This document shows positions 51,006-59,420 of a stretch of 64,000 bases of DNA, piece after piece. The notes below the pieces were generated by a model. The model made no database searches. It had not been told where the DNA came from and was given only the letters and a program-made list of their open reading frames with translations. The stretch comes from a virus. Taxonomy: Duplodnaviria; Caudoviricetes. The stretch's first letter is position 1; every line of letters starts with the position of its first letter. Location: positions 6,167 to 70,166 of the IMG/VR virus record IMGVR_UViG_3300033075_000639; one strand, given 5' to 3'. Position numbers and translations under genes: made by a program.

Positions 51006-52430
51006 TCAGATGTGCAACTTAAAAATAAGTGAACCGCAGCCCCAAATTTTCGAAACTCCTGCGGCAATTGCAACCTCTTTTTCAGACTGAGTTGCTGTTG
51101 CACGAAATTTGAATCGATCATATCGATATCGATTATCCGTATACCAATAGTCAATACCAGTCTCACCACACGGAATAAAACCACACGCAAGATAACCATG
51201 TCCGTCACCAAAACGTCGATCTACATAAGTCATTATTGTTGAAATTGATTTCTTTTTTGAATATTCAATTGCTTGTTTCATTAGTCGATTTAGTCCACCT
51301 GAAATATGATAACCTGGTCGTGTTGCAAAACGAGCTACTTCAAGACAATTTTCATATTTGCTTTGTCGTGGTTTGCGTAGACTTATAGCGGCAAGCACTT
51401 CGCCATTGCTATTAATCAACCCGTAACATATACTTGATGGTGTATATCCAGAAATATGTGAAGAATCAAAGAACAATCGTTGTTCTGAACTAGACAATTC
51501 TGATATTTTCAATTCTCTAGCACCAATCTTATATATCGAGACGCCCAATCGATGATCAATAATCGATTCGCATATTGTCCTTTTGTCTCTCCATTCATCA
51601 TCAAAAAATTGAAATAGTTTGATGTGTTTTTCATTTGCAAGATTCAGTTTGTTCAAGCTATAACTTTTGTCTGTTTCACCTCGAGGTGACCCATCTGAGT
51701 GCCAATACAAGCCATGACATTCAAATCCAATATTCTTTGATGGAACATATACATCAATTTCTTTTGGAGAAATTGCTGATCGATCACCAGATATAGTGTC
51801 AGAACACTTCGACTTTACATAATTGAAAACTTCAAGTTCCCAATTTGATTTCGAAACAGGATGACAAATATAACAACGAGAACCTCGTTCAAAAGCCTGG
51901 AGTGTTTTTGGTTGAACTGTTTTACAAACAACGCATTTGAACTGAAGATATTGAAGCTGCCTAGATGAATACTCTTCAAGAGGTGTTATCAATTCAAATT
52001 CATTTGAACGTTCTAGAAGTCTATTTTCTAGATCAACTGATTGCAATGATTTGGCTTTAGATATTTGATTTTTTGTTTGTATTGAATGTGTTTTGCCAAA
52101 AAATGGATTGCCAACACCAGACATCTGTATAGACTGAAGTTTAATTCGTTCATCAGTCTCTTTTGTTAGACCAACATTCCATGCCGTTGCTTTTCCGCCA
52201 ATTGTTCCACCTTCCATCATTGCTAGTCGAGCATGATCTTTACAGTATTTTTTAAATGTATATGAAACGTATCGTACCGGTCCAGAACATTGGGCACAAG
52301 TAGGAAGTACACCATTATGAAATTGATTAATTGTATATTGTTCAGAAGACAATGAATGAACAGATCGTAGATGATCAGAAAATCGTTTGAGATTATCATT
52401 TTCAAATTCATTGCAAATAAGACATTTCAT
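51006..52430 (-). CDS. Hef-like homing endonuclease (third paralog)
   Basis: CLIC..H..H, WNVGLTKETDER, NPFFGKTH, EIDVYVPSKNIGFECHGLYWHS, FFDDEW, LEVARFA, TYVDRRFG. Likely start ATG 52430. Confidence 0.75.
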   Translation of the reverse strand: MKCLICNEFENDNLKRFSDHLRSVHSLSSEQYTINQFHNGVLPTCAQCSGPVRYVSYTFKKYCKDHARLAMMEGGTIGGKATAWNVGLTKETDERIKLQSIQMSGVGNPFFGKTHSIQTKNQISKAKSLQSVDLENRLLERSNEFELITPLEEYSSRQLQYLQFKCVVCKTVQPKTLQAFERGSRCYICHPVSKSNWELEVFNYVKSKCSDTISGDRSAISPKEIDVYVPSKNIGFECHGLYWHSDGSPRGETDKSYSLNKLNLANEKHIKLFQFFDDEWRDKRTICESIIDHRLGVSIYKIGARELKISELSSSEQRLFFDSSHISGYTPSSICYGLINSNGEVLAAISLRKPRQSKYENCLEVARFATRPGYHISGGLNRLMKQAIEYSKKKSISTIMTYVDRRFGDGHGYLACGFIPCGETGIDYWYTDNRYRYDRFKFRATATQSEKEVAIAAGVSKIWGCGSLIFKLHI

Positions 52431-52489
52431 ATTATACCATTCCTTGGTATAGTTATTATAGTCTTGTAGTACTAACATGTTTAAATGAC

Positions 52490-52511
52490 GAAAGGCCCGT
52501 TAGGGCCTTTC
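52490..52511 (-). terminator. Hairpin downstream of MCP
   Basis: gaaaggccc-gtta-gggcctttc, 9-bp stem. Confidence 0.65.
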
Positions 52512-52539
52512 CAGTCATTTTATGTTGTTAAACAACTCG

Positions 52540-54435
52540 TAAGATTACATTCATATCTAGGACTGTTACAGTTCCGAAGAAGTCTGTACGGACCATCTTC
52601 TTACCGTATCGGGTCATCACACCCTTTCGAGGAGTGAAATCTTCAGGTGCGAAGATCGTAGGAGTCACGATAAGCGGAACGTATGGACTGTATACGTATC
52701 CCGTCTCTAGGTAAGATCCGCCCTTGTACCCAACAAGAATCTTGTTGCGTGGGAAGTATGGATCCTTGTAAACAGTGAATCGGTTTGAAACAGTTCCGAT
52801 CGCCTCTGCACCAATGGTGAATGGCGTTGAAACTTGTCCTTCGCCGTCCATTGAGAACTTTGGCTTGTAGAGAACAGAGCTCTCTAGGATCGTGCAAACA
52901 TCTGGGCCAGTAACCATGAAGTTAGCTGATCCGCGTAGCGTCTTACGGTGGATGGTGTTTGCCACATCGATAACAGTCTCGATTAGGGTCTCATACCATT
53001 CACGAACAGTTCCTGTGAACTGTGGTCCGATGCTCAAGCTTGAAGCAAGCGTCTGACGATCACCGGTGACCTTGTTGACAAAACGTCCTGGTGAACGGCT
53101 CCAGAAGTAGTTAGCTCCGTTTGCCTGTGTCACTAGATCGTTTAGAATCTCGCGGTCGATTTCTAGAGCAATCTGCTCTGAAAGAATGCTGGTCAACTCA
53201 ACTTCTGCGTCCATTGAGTGATATGCATTCAAGTCCTGTGCAAGCTCTGGTGACCAACGAGCACGTAGCTTTCGTGTCACTGCAGTGATTGCAATTGCCT
53301 CGATCTTGATATCAATCTCTGGAATTGCAGGCGATGGGGTTGATCCAAAGTCTGTTTCGAAAGAAGGAACCGTTAGGGTTGCTCCTGATCCGCTGTCGAC
53401 GGTTAGACCGTCCGTGATTGCCATTGAAACCTTGGTTACCGCAGTACCCATGGTTGGAACTGAACCACCGTTAGATAGTCGTAGAACCATCTGGATGTGC
53501 GTTCCGTTTAGAGGATTCAATGTAAACACTGAACCGGTCCAATCGCCACGCTTGTTTAGACGACGTAGGTTGTAAACTCCCGTTCCTGACTGGTAGCTTG
53601 AGCCCCATGCAGTTACGCTGTTTGCAGCCGTGAAGCCGAAGACAGAGATTTGCTCTGGTGCTAGGAAGTCACCCTTTGGAATACCGGCCTGAATTGCAGC
53701 AACCGTTAGGTGCAAGAATGCAACGTCAAGTGTACCATCGCTTAGGTCGACTTCAATCTGTGGATCGAAGTTCAACATTCTTGCGTTGGTTCCGGAAAAG
53801 TCCGTTAGTGCAGCAACGGTTCCAGCAACAGTCCATGCATTTGATGCACCGGTCCAAGCACCGCAATCTGCGTTCGATCCAGAGATCGTTAGAGATGCCG
53901 AGTGAACCTTTGAATAACCAACGTTAACGAGGTCATACATACCACCAGCAACTTGTGAACCTGACTGAACTCCCTTACCAACTGGGTTGTTATAGATCGA
54001 CTGTCCACGCTGATATGTGTCGTAGGTTGCTGAGTTGCTTAGACCCAAACCTGCGTCACCACCAACGTTTGATCCGTAGGTGTAATCTAGGTAGAAGATT
54101 AGACCGGATGGTAGTGACATTGGCTGAATTGAAACGAGTTCATTTGCAACCAAACCACCGAAGACTCTACGAACGATTGGAAATGCAATGTTCGAGAAAC
54201 CCTGAATCTGTCCGGAAGAGGTAACTGCGCCGCCTCCAGTCGACAATGAACCTGCTTCCTTTAGAACCTGTGCAGCCTGGTTCTCAAGTAGCTGGGACAT
54301 CATCTCACGCTTATTACCTTCAAGGCCGCGAAGCAAGCCGGTTCGGCTCCACTTCTCGGTGAGGCGAGCTCGCTCAGCACCAACGTGCTTTTCGCGAATT
54401 CCTTGTGCTAGTTGATCTAGTGAAAAAAACTTCAT
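52540..54435 (-). CDS. Major capsid protein (T4 gp23-like)
   Basis: KW..TGLL.GL, PIVRRVF..L.ANELVS.QPM..PSGLIFYLD, RKLRARWSPELAQDL.AYHS.DAE.EL, EIDREI, GYVYSPYVPL, P.KG.MTRYG. Start ATG 54435 after GGAG; ends ATC TTA (standard end 52528). Confidence 0.96.
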
Positions 54436-54491
54436 TTTATTCTCCAATATCTTTCTTTGTTAATCAGTAACGTTAATTCAATGTTCATGCA

Positions 54492-56405
54492 TCACTTATT
54501 GATGCCTGCGAGCCTTGCCCATCTATCAGTTTCATATCCCTCATTTAGTGAGGTCGATGCTGGACGTGTTGCTCTTGATGAGGAGCCGATGATCTTGCGA
54601 TCAGTGCTCTCCGTTAGAGAACGTGAGGTGCCTGCCAAAGTCTTGGATAGGCTCTCATAGACAAGCTTGACTTCACGAAGTGTGTTTGCTTCTTCAAGGC
54701 GTTGAATAACAGCAGCTTTCTGCTTCTTAGACAATGTCTCATTTTGTAGCAACTTGTTCGTATAGACTAGCTTCGCGTTGAACAGATTCGTTTCTGTCAA
54801 CTTAGTGCGGAGTGTTCTTTCAGCCAATGTCTCCGCGGGCTGTGTTGACTTACCATTCGTGGTAGAGCCTTTGTTTGCCTTGGCTTCAGTCAAGGTCTTC
54901 ATCAAATTTGTTTCACGCTTCGTTGATTCAACAAAACGCTTACGCAACGTAGCATTCTCATTCTTAAGAGTTGCTAGTTTACGTGAATCCTTCTTAGCAG
55001 ATGCTTTTGCAGCTTCAGTCTTTAGAGCTGCAGCACGAGCCTTAATGCGCTCTTGTAGACGCTTCTCAAAAGAAACTCGACGTTTAATAGACTCAAGCGT
55101 TTGTCCTGGTTCACGTGACTGCTTATTCGTTGCTGCGCCAGGATTTCCCTTGCCAGCAACATTACCGCCACTTGAACGTTGATCTTGTGCTTGATCCATT
55201 TCTTCTAGATCGTCAGCTTCGTCCATGGTAAGATCACCATCAACTTCGTCCATCATATCAGCTTCTTCAAGGTCAGCGCCGTCACTCTCAGTGGTGACAT
55301 CACCATCAAGGAACGCATCGCCTTCGCCCTTACCACCACCAAATGCATCCAAAACAGCATTTGCGCCATTTCCCTTGGTTGATGGAACTGCTTCTTCACG
55401 AAGCTTCTTCATACGTGAAATTTCTCGACGTAGCATACCTTCATCGATTTCAACAATGGTGTCATCACTTAGTCTACGTGATTCCATTTGCGTGTCATCT
55501 CCTTGGTCATCTCCACCAAGATCAAGACCATCTAGATCTAGGTCGTCACCCCCACCTTCTGCACCTTCATCACCAGAAAGATCAAGATCTTCATCTCCAC
55601 CTTCTAGGTCGTCACCCTCTTCACCTTCACCGGTGACAAGGTCAACTCCAACAGAATCAAGGTCAATATCATCTGGTAGACCGGTTAGTTTAAGTGTAAC
55701 ATCACCTTCGTTCATTAGATCTTTTAGGCTTTTCTTAGACATCTTTCGCTCCTGGAGCATTGTTAGTTCTTGGAAATAGGTTTCGAGTTTGGATTCGTAC
55801 GCACTCTTTTTGCGAGAATCAGTTATTGATTCTTGCACGTAGTCATACATATTCTCTACACGAGAAATCATACGACTGATTTCATCAAAATATCCACGAG
55901 ATTCTTTTACTAGCTTCCCAGCAGAAGAAAATTGTTTGATATTTTCACCAAGTCTATACAAACCAACTTCCAATTCCTTAGAAGTAAAAGACTTAGTTGC
56001 ATTCATAATAGGTGTTAGAGCATCAATAGACTCAAGGCTCAATTCATATTCATCAGTAACTGTTGGTTCACCAAACATTGGTGGTGACACAGCAACACCT
56101 GCAGGATCAGTTGACAATGAATCTAGATCCAAAGTAACTTTGCCTTCTTCATCTGGTGTTGACATTCCGGACGCAACTGATTCTGAATCACCAACACCCG
56201 GTACACTTAGAACAGGAACATCAACGTTATCCATTTCATTATCAAGAACAAAATCTTCATCTGATTCACGAAGAAGTTCTTTCTCGATAAGATCACGAAT
56301 TCGCGGTGTAACCGCCTCTACCAAAGCACGCTTAGCATTATCTTCAGCTACTTCTTGTAGCCGTTTGACATCTGCTAGTGCCTCTTCGTAAAGCTCCTTT
56401 GACAT
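54492..56405 (-). CDS. Prohead scaffolding protein (gp22-like)
   Basis: Acidic and coiled-coil, directly upstream of MCP; C-terminal NL.NAKL.Y.NKL ... RWARLAGI. Confidence 0.75.
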   Translation of the reverse strand: MSKELYEEALADVKRLQEVAEDNAKRALVEAVTPRIRDLIEKELLRESDEDFVLDNEMDNVDVPVLSVPGVGDSESVASGMSTPDEEGKVTLDLDSLSTDPAGVAVSPPMFGEPTVTDEYELSLESIDALTPIMNATKSFTSKELEVGLYRLGENIKQFSSAGKLVKESRGYFDEISRMISRVENMYDYVQESITDSRKKSAYESKLETYFQELTMLQERKMSKKSLKDLMNEGDVTLKLTGLPDDIDLDSVGVDLVTGEGEEGDDLEGGDEDLDLSGDEGAEGGGDDLDLDGLDLGGDDQGDDTQMESRRLSDDTIVEIDEGMLRREISRMKKLREEAVPSTKGNGANAVLDAFGGGKGEGDAFLDGDVTTESDGADLEEADMMDEVDGDLTMDEADDLEEMDQAQDQRSSGGNVAGKGNPGAATNKQSREPGQTLESIKRRVSFEKRLQERIKARAAALKTEAAKASAKKDSRKLATLKNENATLRKRFVESTKRETNLMKTLTEAKANKGSTTNGKSTQPAETLAERTLRTKLTETNLFNAKLVYTNKLLQNETLSKKQKAAVIQRLEEANTLREVKLVYESLSKTLAGTSRSLTESTDRKIIGSSSRATRPASTSLNEGYETDRWARLAGINK

Positions 56406-56464
56406 TTATTGTTTCCCTATGATCTTGAAGTTAAGTATCATACTAAATTGTAAAATATTACGAA

Positions 56465-57010
56465 TCAAACACCAGACTTGCCTGGGACGGTATCCGAACC
56501 AAGTGTATTTGCATCATAAAGCTTTGTCCCAGCGTCTGAAGGGTTCTTTGTATTGTCATCAGTACCCGGAACAATATTTGGTTTAATTTCAGCAGCAGAT
56601 ATATGTGGATCAACAGACTTATCAATTCCATCTGTCTTACCCGGTCCGGGTGATGTAATATCTGGTACATATGAGTTAGCAGGATCGCCTGGTTTTGTCC
56701 ATGCACCTTCTGATCCGGCAACCTTGTTAGGAATTGAAACAGTTGCAGTTGCTCCGGTATAACTTAGATCAACTCCCGTTGGAAAGTGACCTGGGTCACC
56801 AGCAGTTATTCCATTATTTGCAGCTGCTCGAAGAATTGCATTACCTCGAGCAACAGCACTGTCAACATTTTTTGGGTCAATGGCTTTTGCTTGATCCATG
56901 CCCTGAAATGGTGGCGTAACACTTGAATCACCAGCATAACACTTTTCTAGAAAGCTCTTTCTTGGTGAAGCAGGTGCATTGAATGTTGTATATTTACCTT
57001 TTCCTGACAT
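56465..57010 (-). CDS. Hypothetical head-module protein
   Basis: 181 aa, Pro/Gly/Asp-rich. Confidence 0.6.
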   Translation of the reverse strand: MSGKGKYTTFNAPASPRKSFLEKCYAGDSSVTPPFQGMDQAKAIDPKNVDSAVARGNAILRAAANNGITAGDPGHFPTGVDLSYTGATATVSIPNKVAGSEGAWTKPGDPANSYVPDITSPGPGKTDGIDKSVDPHISAAEIKPNIVPGTDDNTKNPSDAGTKLYDANTLGSDTVPGKSGV

Positions 57011-57028
57011 AGTATCATCCTCTTCTTA

Positions 57029-57277
57029 TAAAGCCTTACGAATTGTCTTAAGAACACGAGTTCGTGTTTCGACAATTTTTGCAAGACGAGCACGAAGTCT
57101 AGACTCTTCGACTTTAAGTGCTTTTGCATAATCAATCTTTTTTTCTAGTGCATCAGCATATTCATCAGCATCTGTTTCTTCGGTGTCTTTTGCACGATCT
57201 TCAACATCGTCCATATCACCAAACTTTGAAACTTCTTCTTCGATAATTTGCTTAAGCAATTTTGATGTCAATTTCAT
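57029..57277 (-). CDS. Small protein (MKLTSKLLKQIIEEEV motif)
   Basis: Start ATG 57277 after GGAG; the track's upstream extension has an in-frame TTA. Ends GCT TTA TAA. Confidence 0.7.
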
Positions 57278-57332
57278 TTTTGCACGTTCTCCTGTTATAT
57301 GTGCTACGTTTAAATAGGTTGTCGACAAACAA

Positions 57333-57818
57333 TTACGATGATTTCTTACTTGGGGGTGTTGCAAATGCAAGATCAGCCCATTTAGATGTCATTTGTGTTC
57401 CAAATATTTCTTCAGGTGTTCCATTTATTTGTTCTTGTTGTTGAACACGTGATGCTGAACCACGTTCTGACGAAGATTCATTCGCAATTTGTTCTTGCAA
57501 TGTTGTCATTGCAGTGTCTGCAAGAATATCTGCCATTACAGAATTTCCACCAGCAGTCTGTCTAACTGCTTCAGCAAGCGCACCTGACGGGCCCCTATTT
57601 TGACTTTGACCGTGAACTGTTGCAGGTAGGTCTAGTGGTGAAATTCTTCTTTTTTGTTGCTGTTGATTAACTTGTTGACGGCGAACTTCATGAACTGGCA
57701 GTGTTACACCCATAGATTGTGACGATCCTGAACCTAGACCTTCTTGCAACAACTCTACGAGACATTCTTTTACTAGGGCCTTTAGTTGAAGCCTAGACAA
57801 TTTATTTCCTGTTGACAT
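57333..57818 (-). CDS. Hypothetical protein (QLKALVKE motif)
   Basis: 161-aa ORF in the head module. Confidence 0.7.
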   Translation of the reverse strand: MSTGNKLSRLQLKALVKECLVELLQEGLGSGSSQSMGVTLPVHEVRRQQVNQQQQKRRISPLDLPATVHGQSQNRGPSGALAEAVRQTAGGNSVMADILADTAMTTLQEQIANESSSERGSASRVQQQEQINGTPEEIFGTQMTSKWADLAFATPPSKKSS

Positions 57819-57820
57819 AA

Positions 57821-58318
57821 TAACCCTATAGCAATTTTTGAAAGATTTTTTAGTACCGTTCTGTGTTCAACAGGTGCAGCACGATCAATCAACAGAATAC
57901 CGTCTAGATGATCGATCTCGTGTTGTATAATTCGAGCTGTCAGACCAGAATACAAACCGTAACGTTGTGTGCCACTTATGTCTGAATATTCAACTTCAAT
58001 TTCTGAATTTCGACATATGTTCAATTGAACATTAGGCATTGACAAACAGCCCTCGACTTTTGTTTCGATGTCATTTGATGACCACATAATTTTTGGATTG
58101 ATCATTACAATCAATGAATGTGCAGACTGACCAGAGGTTGAATCAACAACTATCAATCTTTCATTTATTCCAATTTGTGGTGCAGCAAGTCCTACACCGT
58201 TATTTGTATACATCGTATCAATCATAGCTGCTACTGTAGCGCGTAGAGAATGATCAAAATTCTCTACGGCTATAGATTTTGCACGCAAAATATCTGATGG
58301 ATACGTTATGATATGCAT
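57821..58318 (-). CDS. def: Peptide deformylase
   Basis: GVGLAAPQIG, EGCLS, QHEIDHLDG. Start via TGATG coupling at 58318; ends GGG TTA TTA, the second TTA overlapping the next ATG (standard end 57782). Confidence 0.92.
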
Positions 58319-59010
58319 CATTGCTTCTTTCTTGCGAAGTAACACTTAGGCGAACAGTATTTCTGATTCTTTTTTGTCATTGTGAACTGTCTTCGACAAG
58401 AACAACATGTTGCAATCTGTCGTTGTTTCTTTGGTCTAGACTTCAACTTTTCAGATATCTTTTTTCGTGTTTCTTCTGAAACTACATGTCCCTTTAGAGT
58501 TTTACTAATTTTTGTACATCGATCAGACCAGCCTGATTCAGTATTCGCAATTACTTCAGGACGTTGCATTGCTGCACGAGTACGATCAGATATTTTCTTT
58601 CGTACTTTTAGATCTTTCATTGCTTCTTTTTGACGTTTTTTATGCTCTGGCCCCAATAGTGCCATGGCTTCTCTTGTTCGTTCAGAAATTAGTTTACGAG
58701 TAAGTTCACAAGGCCCTTCACCGCCATTTGTCATATTATATCCATGCGGCCAAACAGTGTTATGTTCACTAATAAATTGTCGTTCTTTTATATGTAGTTC
58801 GTCTGAAGTTTCACACTCACAAAGAACTGTTCCAACAAATGACTTTATGCCATATTCACGAATTGCTTTAGGAAATTCCCATATAGAACCAGTCTCAGCA
58901 GCTCGCACATGTCCTTTCAAGCGCTGTTTAAGTGTAGTAACTGTTTTTCCAATATAACTTAGACCTGTTTTTTCACATGTCCACTTATATATAATACCAC
59001 CGGATTTCAT
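58318..59010 (-). CDS. GIY-YIG homing endonuclease
   Basis: GIIYKWTC..TG.SYIGKT, KER.FI, GYNMT.GGEG, H.VSEETRKKIS (NUMOD3-like), C..C...KYCS..C. Likely start ATG 59010. Confidence 0.8.
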   Translation of the reverse strand: MKSGGIIYKWTCEKTGLSYIGKTVTTLKQRLKGHVRAAETGSIWEFPKAIREYGIKSFVGTVLCECETSDELHIKERQFISEHNTVWPHGYNMTNGGEGPCELTRKLISERTREAMALLGPEHKKRQKEAMKDLKVRKKISDRTRAAMQRPEVIANTESGWSDRCTKISKTLKGHVVSEETRKKISEKLKSRPKKQRQIATCCSCRRQFTMTKKNQKYCSPKCYFARKKQ

Positions 59011-59417
59011 CCTACACCAATCCATCCGGGATCGCCATTGCTCAATGTTCCTGTCATAACTGGCATTTGACGTGCATCAATATTTGTAAGTCCTGCCGCA
59101 ACAGAAACACGAACGTTATTTACGGTATCCCCAGCAAGGTACACACTTGTTACACGATAATCAAACGTAATATCTTTTGTTCCGTCGACTAGAACATAAT
59201 TTCCATTTGTCATACCATTACGAGTAAAACCGACTCGAACGTGTTGACCCGCCGAACCAAGATTTACAACTGTTATAAATCGAGAAACTTTTGCAAAATC
59301 GATTCTCGTAATTCCAGAAGAAACAAGCGGTACTTGACTACTCGTAACATATGGCAATGCAGACGTTTGAAATTCTGCTGCATAACCGAGCCCACCTTGT
59401 GGATTATTTAGTCCCAT
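59007..59417 (-). CDS. Hypothetical virion protein
   Basis: 136 aa, beta-rich, between protease and GIY-YIG. Confidence 0.6.
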   Translation of the reverse strand: MGLNNPQGGLGYAAEFQTSALPYVTSSQVPLVSSGITRIDFAKVSRFITVVNLGSAGQHVRVGFTRNGMTNGNYVLVDGTKDITFDYRVTSVYLAGDTVNNVRVSVAAGLTNIDARQMPVMTGTLSNGDPGWIGVG

Positions 59418-59420
59418 ATA

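Noticed and set aside
52431-52439. TGGTATAAT extended -10 element before the third Hef gene
   Set aside because: It abuts the ATG with no spacing, too close to serve as that gene's promoter.
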